A stretch of 64,000 bases of DNA from Obrimoposthia wandeli (lineage: Eukaryota): assembly GCA_977020255.1 (NCBI GenBank), contig CDROCS010001688.1, positions 62,001 to 126,000 on the forward strand, written 5' to 3'. Position 1 is the stretch's first letter. Every line of letters starts with the position of its first letter. Both the position numbers and the translations under genes were made by a program. The notes under the pieces were generated by a model that saw only the letters and a program-made list of their open reading frames with translations, searched no databases and was not told where the DNA came from. This document shows, in pieces, positions 1-9,888 of the stretch.

Positions 1-1
1 A

Positions 2-772
2 GCAGAATTAGGTTTAGTCTTGATTGATCGCAGCAAATCACCTATCGAACTAACGTTGTGCGGGAAGCAGTTTAAAACCACGGCGCAATCTATTATTCAT
101 CAAATAGATGAAGAAGTTAGTCGTTTAGCTGGGTGCTCATTTCTTGGCAGACATACGGTGCGGTTAAGTGCTGCGCACTCTATTTCCATCAGTTTGCTGC
201 CCAAGCTGCATTCAAGCCTGTTTAATCCTAGGCTGAATACCAGTTTATCTGTTGTGGCGAATGAAGTTGATGATGCCGTTGAATTGCTTATAGATGGTAA
301 GTGTGATTTCTTATTCTCATTTTATGAAGACAGGCTGCAAGTTGCACCGTATAGATCTATATATCTTGGCCGTAGTTTTTTGTATTGCGTTTCCGCTGTG
401 GATGAAAGTGGAAATGCGCTCTATGACCTAGCAAATAATGATGATGTCCCATGTCTGGATTATACTCCTGAAAGCTATATGGGAAGAGCACTTCATCGAG
501 CCAATAGCAAACTTACTTCTAATACTGTCTGTTCGTCTTCAATGACTGATTTTATTAAGGCTTTAGTGTTGCAAGGTAAAGGGATTTGCTGGCTTCCTGA
601 TTATGCAATAAAAGAAGAGCTAGCATCCGGCCAATTAAAAATATTAACGGAGAGAGAGCCCGTTCCATTAGATCTGTATGTTTATCGTTATTATTCTAAA
701 CTACATTCATCATGTGAAGCGATGTGGAATGAGTTAAGTCAAGTGAGCCCGATAAAAGAGTTGAACGGTTGA
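2..772 (+). CDS. LysR-family transcriptional regulator (5'-partial; frame open to window edge)
   Basis: Frame open from nt 2 (AELGLVLIDRSKSPIELT, the post-HTH LysR motif); substrate-binding domain with GKGICWLPDYAI. Confidence 0.85.
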   Translation, partial: AELGLVLIDRSKSPIELTLCGKQFKTTAQSIIHQIDEEVSRLAGCSFLGRHTVRLSAAHSISISLLPKLHSSLFNPRLNTSLSVVANEVDDAVELLIDGKCDFLFSFYEDRLQVAPYRSIYLGRSFLYCVSAVDESGNALYDLANNDDVPCLDYTPESYMGRALHRANSKLTSNTVCSSSMTDFIKALVLQGKGICWLPDYAIKEELASGQLKILTEREPVPLDLYVYRYYSKLHSSCEAMWNELSQVSPIKELNG

Positions 773-1001
773 ACTTCGAGTATTAAATAATAGCCATGCT
801 GTATGATTTATCCGCGCACAGCTCAAAGAATGTACCTGTACTGTTTATTAATAGTACGGGTGCATTCTTTGAACTCTAGTAAGCTCCTCAAAAACGGTAT
901 GGCGCATATTACCGTTATCTATCCAGCACTAACGATACCGTCATATTTCGTATTCACTAATGCTTTCACGAGTAATTCAGATGCATTCGTATGCTTTTAG
1001 T

Positions 1002-1029
1002 ATCGATATGTAGTAAGGTATATATCGAT
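1002..1029 (+). promoter_or_regulatory. ModE-binding site
   Basis: ATCGATATGTA-gtaagg-TATATATCGAT inverted repeat (10/11), 25 nt upstream of modA; matches the ModE box consensus. Confidence 0.85.
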
Positions 1030-1053
1030 ATTAAAAACACTAAAGGATAGGGT

Positions 1054-1833
1054 ATGTGGGCAAGTAAAAAACTTAGCGTGTTAGTTGTTTCATTGGCAGC
1101 AGTCTTTTCTTCTATAACGCCTGTTCATGCTGCTGAAAAAGTAACAATTTTTGCAGCATCGTCATTAACCAATGCAATGAACGAAATAGCAGATTTATAT
1201 CAAGAAAAAACGGGCGTGAAAACGGCGATGTCTTTCGCATCATCTTCGACGTTAGCCCGCCAAATAGCGCAAGGCGCACCTGCAGATATTTACTTATCTG
1301 CTAATAATAAATGGATGGATTATGTGTTTGATCAAGGTGCGATGGAGGTTGATTCTCGATATCAGCTACTAACTAATTCATTAGTAATGGTTGCGCCTAA
1401 GTCTTATCCTGCTGATCATGTAGTAGTTAATGCGTCTTGGAATATAAAACAAGCCTTAGATGGAACTCGTTTAGCAACAGGGGATCCCGCACATGTTCCT
1501 GCTGGGCGCTATACGAAAGAGTCGTTAGAAAACCTTGGGTTATGGCAACAAGCTGAACCTCTGTTAGCAAGAGCGAATAATGTAAGAGGGGCACTTGTAT
1601 TGGTAGAGCGCGAAGAAGCGTTACTTGGCATGGTGTATAAGACAGATGCGTTAATCTCTACCAAAGTAAAAATTGTTGCTGATATTCCTGAATCATCGCA
1701 TGTACCTATTGAATACCCTGTTGCTATTGTTAAAGATAAGTCACGAAAAACAGTAAACGATTTTTATCAGTTTCTTCAGTCTAAACAGGCGATTGATGTG
1801 TTTACTGAGTATGGATTTGGTGTCAATAAGTAA
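1054..1833 (+). CDS. modA: Molybdate ABC transporter periplasmic binding protein
   Basis: Signal peptide; FAASSL, FASSSTLARQI, ATGDPAHVPAGRY, PIEYP motifs. Confidence 0.95.
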   Translation: MWASKKLSVLVVSLAAVFSSITPVHAAEKVTIFAASSLTNAMNEIADLYQEKTGVKTAMSFASSSTLARQIAQGAPADIYLSANNKWMDYVFDQGAMEVDSRYQLLTNSLVMVAPKSYPADHVVVNASWNIKQALDGTRLATGDPAHVPAGRYTKESLENLGLWQQAEPLLARANNVRGALVLVEREEALLGMVYKTDALISTKVKIVADIPESSHVPIEYPVAIVKDKSRKTVNDFYQFLQSKQAIDVFTEYGFGVNK

Positions 1834-1838
1834 TCGTT

Positions 1839-2104
1839 TATACCCAAGTTACCTCAAGATGCTCGTTTCAGCGAGAATTTGTTGTGCTCTAGGCAAGGCA
1901 CTTATTTATAGACCTAGTCGTTCTACGTTGAAAATAAGTAACACCGCATAGAGCCCAACAAAACTCGCCCTTCGGGAGTGATTCAGCGTATCTACTTCTG
2001 TGTCAAATGTGTTTAAAAGGGAATGCCATTCCTACATACATTTTCCTTGAATTAAATACGCTGAGAACACTCTGAATCCTGCATCTTGAGGTAGCTTGGG
2101 TATA
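1839..2104 (+). mobile_element. ERIC-like MITE, 266 bp, copy 1 (between modA and modB)
   Basis: 24-bp terminal inverted repeats TATACCCAAG(T/C)TACCTCAAGATGC (23/24), TA at both ends, internal hairpins; near-identical inverted copy at 35385-35650. Confidence 0.85.
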
Positions 2105-2135
2105 TGTTCAAAAATGATGTTGGGGTAAGAATTGA

Positions 2136-2828
2136 GTGTTAACCGAATATGAGTTACAAGCACTATTACTGAGCTTGAAAATTGCAGGTATAGCGGTGTT
2201 GTTTAGCCTGCCATTTGGTATTTTATGTGCTTGGGTGTTGGCTCGTTGCCAGTTTATTGGTAAGTCGATGTTAGATGGATTAATACATCTTCCTTTAGTA
2301 TTACCACCTGTGGTTATTGGTTATATGCTTTTACTGACAATGGGTCGCCAAGGCATGGTCGGGAAATGGTTATATGAATGGTTCGGCCTTACGTTTAGCT
2401 TTAGTTGGCGGGGTGCTGCATTAGCTGTGGCGGTGGTCTCTTTTCCGTTAATGGTGCGTTCAATTCGATTAGGCTTAGAAAGTGTCGATATAAAACTTGA
2501 ACAAGCGGCACGCACTCTGGGTGCTAGCCCGTTAAAAGTCTTTTTCACCATTACGTTACCCCTCGCATTACCGGGCATTTTGACGGGCACTATTTTGGCT
2601 TTTGCGCGTGCTTTGGGTGAGTTTGGTGCCACGATTACTTTTGTTTCAAATATTCCAGGTGAAACGCAAACCATTCCGCTTGCGATGTATTCCTTTATTG
2701 AAACGCCGGGTGCTGAAAATGCAGCCGCCCGTCTCTGTATTATCGCTATAGCCATTGCACTGGCTTCTTTGGTTGTGTCTGAATGGTTATCGCGTATTGC
2801 TCGAAAGCGTTTGGAGACTGCATGCTAA
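2136..2828 (+). CDS. modB: Molybdate ABC transporter permease
   Basis: LPLVLPPVVIGY, EQAARTLGAS (EAA loop), FARALGEFGAT. Confidence 0.95.
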   Translation: MLTEYELQALLLSLKIAGIAVLFSLPFGILCAWVLARCQFIGKSMLDGLIHLPLVLPPVVIGYMLLLTMGRQGMVGKWLYEWFGLTFSFSWRGAALAVAVVSFPLMVRSIRLGLESVDIKLEQAARTLGASPLKVFFTITLPLALPGILTGTILAFARALGEFGATITFVSNIPGETQTIPLAMYSFIETPGAENAAARLCIIAIAIALASLVVSEWLSRIARKRLETAC

Positions 2829-3973
2829 CAAGTCATAAAATGCCGCCATTACACGTATCTACCGTTAAAAAACAAGATCTTATTGCTAACGATGTGTTGA
2901 CGATAAACGTAAAGCAGAAACTTGGCGATCTTGAACTTGATATGAATGTCGATCTACCGATGCAAGGTATTACGTCTATATTCGGTCGTTCTGGTGCAGG
3001 TAAAACATCTCTTATTAATATTCTAAGTGGGCTAACTCGCCCTGATGAAGGTTACATATCGCTGGGACAACGGGTGTTATACGACAGTGCGAAGAATGTT
3101 TTTCTGCCACCCGAAAAGCGGCGTATTGGTTATGTATTTCAAGATGCTCGCTTATTTCCCCACTATACGGTAATGGGTAATTTACATTACGGGTGCGATC
3201 AAAAAGATCCTCAGCATTTTAATGACATTGTGACCTTATTAGGCATCGAACATTTATTAAAGCGTTACCCCTCATCTTTATCGGGTGGAGAAAAGCAGCG
3301 TGTGGCAATTGGACGAGCATTACTGATGAAACCAGACATGCTTTTAATGGATGAACCATTAGCCTCGCTTGATTTACCGCGCAAACAAGAGCTAATGCCA
3401 TATCTTGAAATGTTAGCGAAAGAAGTGAATACCCCGATTGTATATGTTACCCACAGTCTTGATGAAATATTACGTTTGGCTGATCACATGGTAATGATCA
3501 ACCAAGGAAAAGTTGTTGTATCTGGTAATGTTAATAGCGTATGGGGATCGCTCGAAATGCGACCTTGGTTACCGGCTAAAGAGCAAAGTTCGTTGTTAAC
3601 AGCCCGTGTGAATCTTAATCACCCCAAATATGCGTTAACGCAAGTTATGCTTAGCCATAATGCCTATTTGTGGGTGAGCCGAGTTAATCAAGAGCGAGGT
3701 GAGTGGATAAGAGTACGCATTCACTCAAACGATGTGTCTCTAACAAGAGTGAAGCCAGAACAAACCAGTATTCGTAATGTGTTATTAGCTCGTATTGATA
3801 AAATTCACCTTATTGAAGCTGACCAAAAAGTAGAGGTTAAACTGCGCGTTGGTGAAACCCACCTTTGGGCTAATATAACCCTTTGGGCAGCAGACGAATT
3901 AGCGTTAAAAGTCGGTGATGAAGTGTATGCGCAAATCAAAGGCGTGAGTGTCACGAAAGATGACTTAGCGTAA
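2822..3973 (+). CDS. modC: Molybdate ABC transporter ATPase with TOBE domains
   Basis: Walker A GRSGAGKTS, LSGGEKQRVAIGRAL, LLMDEP, C-terminal AQIKGVS; ATG at 2822 overlaps the modB end. Confidence 0.95.
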   Translation: MLTSHKMPPLHVSTVKKQDLIANDVLTINVKQKLGDLELDMNVDLPMQGITSIFGRSGAGKTSLINILSGLTRPDEGYISLGQRVLYDSAKNVFLPPEKRRIGYVFQDARLFPHYTVMGNLHYGCDQKDPQHFNDIVTLLGIEHLLKRYPSSLSGGEKQRVAIGRALLMKPDMLLMDEPLASLDLPRKQELMPYLEMLAKEVNTPIVYVTHSLDEILRLADHMVMINQGKVVVSGNVNSVWGSLEMRPWLPAKEQSSLLTARVNLNHPKYALTQVMLSHNAYLWVSRVNQERGEWIRVRIHSNDVSLTRVKPEQTSIRNVLLARIDKIHLIEADQKVEVKLRVGETHLWANITLWAADELALKVGDEVYAQIKGVSVTKDDLA

Positions 3974-3980
3974 GGCTTCA

Positions 3981-5306
3981 CTAAATAAAATCGATATAGC
4001 GAGGCTCGAAATGTACAAGGTTAGGGAATAAATCCAGTATTTGAGTGTCATTTAGCCCAAACCATTTACATAATGAAGCATTAACTTGGTCGGCTGAAAT
4101 ACCTGGAATAATACGACCTTTGTTATAGTCATTTTCACTGTTTAAGCTGAGATCTGGCCATTGTCCGTAGGCTTTCCCGCCAGAGATCGCACCGCCAGTG
4201 ACTATTTGATGCCCAGCCCAACCATGATCGGTACCCGATGCATTTGCTTGCACACGTCGCCCAAAATCAGACATAGTGACAGAGGTAACTTGATCTGCTA
4301 ATCCTTCATTTTCCATATCGGTATTGAACGCAGCAAGAGAATCACTCACTTGTGCTAATAGATTATGATGTGGCACTTTTTGATCTTTGTGGGTATCAAA
4401 ACCACCCATACCGACAAAGAACACTTGTCGCTGGTGGGTAAGATCATCACGTGCTTTAATTAAACGCCCAACCATTTTTAATTGCGAGGCTAAACCACCT
4501 TCAGGGTATTCTGCGTTAGCTGGGTGTTTATCTAGAATGACTTTTAATGCTTCGTTCTCAGCGATACTTTTTTCCATGCGGTCAGAATAGTTTCGCATGT
4601 ATAGGTTGCTGTAATCGCGTTGGGTAAAGTGGTTAAAGTAGCCATCAATGCGTACATCGGTATTCATGCCATTGTAATTGCCAACCCCAGCACTGCTGAT
4701 AATGGTTTGATTAGCATTTTTACTGCGTAATAGCTTCTTATCACTGCCAATCGATATTAAAGGTGAAATGTCGCCATTTGAACCTAACATATCCATCATT
4801 CGACCTGCCCAGCCTAATGGGTTAGCCAAGTTTGTTGCACCAGATTGCCACATTTCTTGCTGCATGTTGTGGGCCATTAAAAACTCTGGCAGCTCTACGC
4901 TATGTTGGTCGATTAAACTGCGTGTTGTTGGCTGTATTAATTGACCAGTATTGACTAACGCTGTGGCTTGACCATTTTGAAATAGCGGCAGTAATGATGA
5001 CATCGCATGGTGAAGGCCAATCTCAATATCGTTGTCTGTTAGTAAACCCGTTGTGTTGATTTCGTCTAGTTTTAACCCTAGTTCAGGACGTACAGCAAGG
5101 TAGTTTGCATAGGCACCGTCTGTTACTGGCACAACCATATTGTAAGCATCATTTCCGCCAAATAAGAATACACAGACTAACGCTTTATGATCTGATGGCG
5201 TTGTTGTTATATCTGCGGCAGAAGTGATCGAAGGAAGCGTTACTGCTGCGGTTGTTGCACTTAATGCTGCACTGCCTTTTAAGAAATGTCGGCGCGATAA
5301 TTTCAT
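3981..5306 (-). CDS. DUF1501-family protein with Tat signal
   Basis: MKLSRRHFLK twin-arginine signal; LFGGND, GGFDTH, SDFGR, GTDHGW motifs. Confidence 0.85.
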   Translation of the reverse strand: MKLSRRHFLKGSAALSATTAAVTLPSITSAADITTTPSDHKALVCVFLFGGNDAYNMVVPVTDGAYANYLAVRPELGLKLDEINTTGLLTDNDIEIGLHHAMSSLLPLFQNGQATALVNTGQLIQPTTRSLIDQHSVELPEFLMAHNMQQEMWQSGATNLANPLGWAGRMMDMLGSNGDISPLISIGSDKKLLRSKNANQTIISSAGVGNYNGMNTDVRIDGYFNHFTQRDYSNLYMRNYSDRMEKSIAENEALKVILDKHPANAEYPEGGLASQLKMVGRLIKARDDLTHQRQVFFVGMGGFDTHKDQKVPHHNLLAQVSDSLAAFNTDMENEGLADQVTSVTMSDFGRRVQANASGTDHGWAGHQIVTGGAISGGKAYGQWPDLSLNSENDYNKGRIIPGISADQVNASLCKWFGLNDTQILDLFPNLVHFEPRYIDFI

Positions 5307-5310
5307 GTGA

Positions 5311-6840
5311 TTACTCCTGGCAGAAAAATTCAGGTGACGTAACAGCAACATAGAGCGTGCTTTGAATGCGATTGTCTGTTTGTGTAGGGCTTATTTTGTT
5401 TATTAGCATATCGGTTAAATAGGTCGCTAATTCTTCTGACATTAAGCCACCAAAAAAACGTTCATTAATCAGTGCTACATAATCTGTTGGTGATGCTTCA
5501 AGTTGTTCATACTCAGAGCGACTCCAAACCCAATGTTTATCATTTTTGTTTTTGTAGGCAAGAATATTACTCCAGAATCGGTTGTGGATCCGTCGCATGA
5601 TATCGGTAGTCAGAATGTTGAATTCAGGTGCAGTAAGATCAAGATCTGCTATTTCACCTTGAGGGGCAAAATCTGATGTGTAGAAGTTAAAAACACTGGA
5701 AGCGGCGAGTGGTGCTTGCCCTAAATTATGTTCTGTTCCTTGAAAGTTCCACCAACGCTCACCGACAGATGTCATATTCAATGCACGAGCTTGGTTGGCA
5801 ATGGTAATAATAGGTTCTTTTAATAAGCCAAAGTGCTGTTTACGGGCTCTACGCCCATTGCCTGCAGCATTTGCTCTGCCCTTAAAGACATCGGCATCGG
5901 TTAGTACGGATTTTAATGTTGCTTGAAGATCACCTCTTACACCTTCACCGTTATCTTTAAATGCTTTTGCCACGCGTGAAATATAACCGTTACGTGGGTT
6001 ACTGGTTACAAAACGCTTAATCAATAAGTTTGCAATAAACATAGGGGTATTGGGGTGGTTAAATAATACATCTAGCGCTTGTTGCAGATCTTGCTCGGCA
6101 CTTTGTTCTGCTGAAAAGCGTTTCTTAAGTACGATTTTTTCGTTTGTGTCATGCCTGTTATTATCGGCATACATAGGGTCAAAATCGTTTGTACGGCGCC
6201 AACCCGTCAATACACGCGCAAGTTCTTCGACATCATGCTGTGTGTAAGTTGGAATTTTATTCCCTTCGGCATCAAGCTTTGGCTTTCCATTACCACGTAA
6301 CTTCCAAAGGCCTAGTGAAAAAAGCTGCATGACTTCTCTTGCATAGTTTTCATCAGGAAAGGTATTTTTATCTGGATTGGCTTTTTGACTCCCTTCAAGC
6401 GTTAAGTAGCGGCCCATGATTGGGCTGAGTGTCACTTTCTCTAGAACATCTCGAAAATTACCAAAAGCGTGGTTAACTAAAATATCGTAGTAATTTGCTA
6501 ATTCGGCATGCCGGTTACCTATGCCGTGTTTAGATACCACAAAAATTTGGCTTAGCGCATAAGCCATACGTTGACGCAGTTGATCATTCGCTTCAAGGGC
6601 ACACTGCCACCATGCCCCAAGGCGCATGTTGTCGTTAACATCAGCATTGGTTAAAAGTGCAAAAGCTTGTGCTTTCGGTAAATGATAAGAGGGGGATGAT
6701 GAAAACTGTTGGCTAAGCCATGTATCAAAGCCATTTTGCTGCAATTGATCAATCTCGCCTTGTTGAGGTCCGAACGAACCTCGATAGAGAAATTTGGCAC
6801 ATTGTTGTCTGTCATCACTATAGATTGTGGTATCGGTCAT
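5311..6840 (-). CDS. DUF1800-family protein
   Basis: QLRQRMAYALSQIFVVS, PDENYAREVMQLFSLGL, DVEELARVLTGW, HPNTPMFIA; directly upstream of DUF1501, the usual pairing. Confidence 0.85.
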   Translation of the reverse strand: MTDTTIYSDDRQQCAKFLYRGSFGPQQGEIDQLQQNGFDTWLSQQFSSSPSYHLPKAQAFALLTNADVNDNMRLGAWWQCALEANDQLRQRMAYALSQIFVVSKHGIGNRHAELANYYDILVNHAFGNFRDVLEKVTLSPIMGRYLTLEGSQKANPDKNTFPDENYAREVMQLFSLGLWKLRGNGKPKLDAEGNKIPTYTQHDVEELARVLTGWRRTNDFDPMYADNNRHDTNEKIVLKKRFSAEQSAEQDLQQALDVLFNHPNTPMFIANLLIKRFVTSNPRNGYISRVAKAFKDNGEGVRGDLQATLKSVLTDADVFKGRANAAGNGRRARKQHFGLLKEPIITIANQARALNMTSVGERWWNFQGTEHNLGQAPLAASSVFNFYTSDFAPQGEIADLDLTAPEFNILTTDIMRRIHNRFWSNILAYKNKNDKHWVWSRSEYEQLEASPTDYVALINERFFGGLMSEELATYLTDMLINKISPTQTDNRIQSTLYVAVTSPEFFCQE

Positions 6841-7876
6841 GGTGATTCCTTTCTAGCTGTCATTATTTAAAGGCGCTGATGTATAGATAAGCACGCATTA
6901 TTCTAAAGAGTAGTGCGTTAAAGAGAATGAGAGTTAAATTTTTAAGAATAATATTTAAATGTTGTACCTCTGGCGTTGGTGTGTCATTTAAATGGCGAGT
7001 TGTTTTTTATTAGGTCACTTACTTAAGATGCTAAGTGCATGGTTGTAAAGGTTAATATTCTTATTGAATTTGATGTTTAAAATCAACATATAATCGGATA
7101 TATAGTGAAGGTAATTTTGATTTTGGAATAAAGGTTATGATTTAAATTTGCATGAATGACTTGTAAATATTTTTGTTAGACTTTTAATTTTGTTTGTTTT
7201 TCTAGCCACTAGATAAACATTGAGCCATTATTTTGACAAGTGTTCAGGTTCGATTCAGTATTACTTTTGATTTTATAATGATTGAAAAATGTGGCGGTAT
7301 AGTGTGTACCTTGTTTTTTTTGAGTAACTGTAGAGGCTGCATTTAATTTCTTATATGATTTTTAAATGAGCACCATCAACAGCTTGTGTCAGTTTTGAGA
7401 CGTAATGTTATTTTTGAGATTTGTTAATTTCTAATTTTTCCATCGTAAGTTTTTATTTTGTTTTATTGTTTTTTGTTAGTGTGTTTTTTTATTGTTATTT
7501 TTTGTCTTATTGTTTTTTGGTGGTTATTTAAAAGTTAGATATTAACGTGGAAAATATTTATTTTATTTAACTTATCAGTTCACATTCTTCATCTTTATGT
7601 TCTGGTATTTATTTGGTTTTTGTTTTTATGTTTTAATACATTGGCTTATGGTTTGCGTTGGTGTGTTTTCTGTCAAGTCTCTGTCAGGATTATAGTTTAA
7701 GTGAGGGCTGGGATTGAATTGTTAGATAGAAAAAGAGTATATTATTTGCGCGATTCATAGGTTGGTAAAAATAGCCTATATTTACTTAATCATTAGGCTC
7801 TAATTAAACGCATTAATGGCCTGTTTAATTTGTCTATTGATACACCAAGACTATTATAAATATATTGGAAGTACTC

Positions 7877-8518
7877 ATGCGATTAATATCATTATTACTT
7901 ATATCTACATTCACGTTAGTTGGTTGTGGTTCTGGCGGCTCGGATGGAGGTCAAGTTTCATCTGGTGGAAATGCTAGTACCGATGGTGGCAGTAGTGTAC
8001 CTGATAGCGGCAATAATGGCGGAGGTACTGTACCTGATAGCGGTAATGATGGCACAACAACTACCCCGCCAGTATCGCTCCCACCAGCACCTGACACTGG
8101 TTTCCAAGATGAAATGCTAACAGCAGTCAATGCAGCTCGTGCTACTCAACAAGATTGTGGTGGTACAATTATGCCACCAGTACCTGCATTAACGTGGGAT
8201 ACACAATTAGAACAAGCGGCTGAGAAGCATTCAAATGATATGGCGAATTATGACTTTTTCAGCCATACAGGCTCAGACGGTTCAAGTGTCAGTACGCGTG
8301 TTACCGCTCAAGGTTATACATGGAGCTCTGTGGGTGAAAACATTGCAGCAGGTCAGAAAGATGTCGATGCGGTTATGACCTCGTGGATAAACAGCCCCGG
8401 CCACTGTCTCAATATCATGAGTGCAAACTTCACGCAGATGGGCGCATCGTTTGTGACAAACTCATCGACGCAGTATGGTATTTATTGGACTCAGGTCTTT
8501 GCAAAGCCTCGTAGTTAA
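7877..8518 (+). CDS. CAP (SCP/PR-1) domain lipoprotein
   Basis: Lipobox TLVGC; Gly/Ser/Pro linker; HSNDMA, FSHTGSDGS, GENIA, WINSPGHC, YWTQVF. Confidence 0.9.
   Translation: MRLISLLLISTFTLVGCGSGGSDGGQVSSGGNASTDGGSSVPDSGNNGGGTVPDSGNDGTTTTPPVSLPPAPDTGFQDEMLTAVNAARATQQDCGGTIMPPVPALTWDTQLEQAAEKHSNDMANYDFFSHTGSDGSSVSTRVTAQGYTWSSVGENIAAGQKDVDAVMTSWINSPGHCLNIMSANFTQMGASFVTNSSTQYGIYWTQVFAKPRS
7996..8053 (+). repeat. Intragenic 33-bp-period tandem repeat (VPDSGNNG / VPDSGNDG)
   Basis: tgtacctgatagcgg at 7996 and 8029. Confidence 0.8.
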
Positions 8519-8568
8519 CCTGTTGTTGAAATAGGCTGATACTTGCGATTTTTATTACATCGATTGAG

Positions 8569-9879
8569 TTACATCAAGGTAATCACCGCGACTTGCCCGT
8601 CACTGAAATAGTGGCTGCTTTTTGAAAAAGCAGCAGGGCTAGCAAGATTATCGGAAGAAACCTGCCAGCCTTTGTTTTGTGCATGTTGAGCGAGGTTATC
8701 TCGTTCAACATCAACATCCGGGTCGATGGCATGTAACACGGTAATAATCCCTTTATAGTGAGCAATTTTCAAATGGTTATCGTAGCTTATAGCACCTAAC
8801 CATACCTGTTCACCTGTTGTTGTTAACAAACCAACATACCACCATCGAATATGGTTCCGTTGTAGCAGATTGCCTGTTTGTTGGTAAGCTGACCACTGTG
8901 GTTGATGGTTCCAGTACAAATCAGAAATGGGTGGCAAGTCTTGCGCCATTAAAGACAAATATTTCTTCATTGATACATTGTCTCGTGAGAATGTCTTATT
9001 CTCAATCCAGCCTAACTCTTTCATCAACGTATTTGGCTTACTGCCAACTAAAACAATATTAATGGGTTGCGCTTGGTAGACAGGGGCTAAGCCTGGATAC
9101 GTTTTATATTCCAAGGTACTTAAATCAACGATGGTTTGTAGATTCGTTGTTTTATTTAGCGTCAAGCTATCGAACGTTTCTGAATACTCATTGTTCTTTA
9201 GGGTAGGTGCTTCGTATGCATACGCATCACTGATAAAAAAGTGTACGTAGTTCATACCACACAAAACAACAATCCAGCATGTTGCGATGCTTAGCCATCG
9301 GCTTTTATTTTTTTTTCGATAGAAAAATGCACTGCAAACACTGGCAATGATGACTGATATAATCAATAAACTGTGTTCAGAGATAAACAGGGTGATTGGT
9401 GTAAGGTCGGGTAATAAATTGATACCCGCCGCGAGCATATAACCAAGAATGACAAACTGACCAACACCCAGTAATAACCCTATGAATGAATAAAGCGTAA
9501 AGACAGTCCATGACATTGCGTAGCTTCCAGCAAGAAAAGGCATAATCCAAGCAACAGGACCAAGTAGCCGCGCAATAGCAACCACCAATGGCCCTTGTTT
9601 ATTAAGCGCGAGTTTGGCTTTGGCAAAGGGACGGCGTGTTTTAGGGATTTTACGTGTTAACCAGCGCCTTCCTTTATATCCTTGTTTCCGACCAATAAAA
9701 TAGCTAATCTGATCGCCTAGAAAACCACCTATAAAAACAAAGATTATTCCTGAAATAAAACCATTATGAAGCGCATAGCCAGCCGCTAATAGGAAGGGTT
9801 CTCCGGGAAAGAAGAGGTTCGGACCAATTAATGCGTCTAGAAAACTTCCACCAAAGAACCACCACCATGAAAATTCCAT
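8569..9879 (-). CDS. DedA/VTT-domain membrane protein fused to LssY-like C-terminal domain
   Basis: FPGEPFLLAAG, GDQISYFIGR, ARLLGPVA (DedA); QPINIVLVG, RNHIRWW, WLGAISYD, HAIDPDVDVERD (LssY_C-like). Confidence 0.75.
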   Translation of the reverse strand: MEFSWWWFFGGSFLDALIGPNLFFPGEPFLLAAGYALHNGFISGIIFVFIGGFLGDQISYFIGRKQGYKGRRWLTRKIPKTRRPFAKAKLALNKQGPLVVAIARLLGPVAWIMPFLAGSYAMSWTVFTLYSFIGLLLGVGQFVILGYMLAAGINLLPDLTPITLFISEHSLLIISVIIASVCSAFFYRKKNKSRWLSIATCWIVVLCGMNYVHFFISDAYAYEAPTLKNNEYSETFDSLTLNKTTNLQTIVDLSTLEYKTYPGLAPVYQAQPINIVLVGSKPNTLMKELGWIENKTFSRDNVSMKKYLSLMAQDLPPISDLYWNHQPQWSAYQQTGNLLQRNHIRWWYVGLLTTTGEQVWLGAISYDNHLKIAHYKGIITVLHAIDPDVDVERDNLAQHAQNKGWQVSSDNLASPAAFSKSSHYFSDGQVAVITLM

Positions 9880-9888
9880 TTCTACGCC

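Noticed and set aside
803-1000. 65-aa ORF upstream of modA
   Set aside because: No RBS or recognisable motif; occupies the ModE-regulated promoter region.
2321-2755. 144-aa antisense ORF in modB, and similar antisense or alternate-frame ORFs throughout (e.g. 11157-11639, 15489-16007, 26751-27188, 34452-34793, 57077-57397, 59214-59597)
   Set aside because: Shadows of well-supported genes, with no independent motifs.
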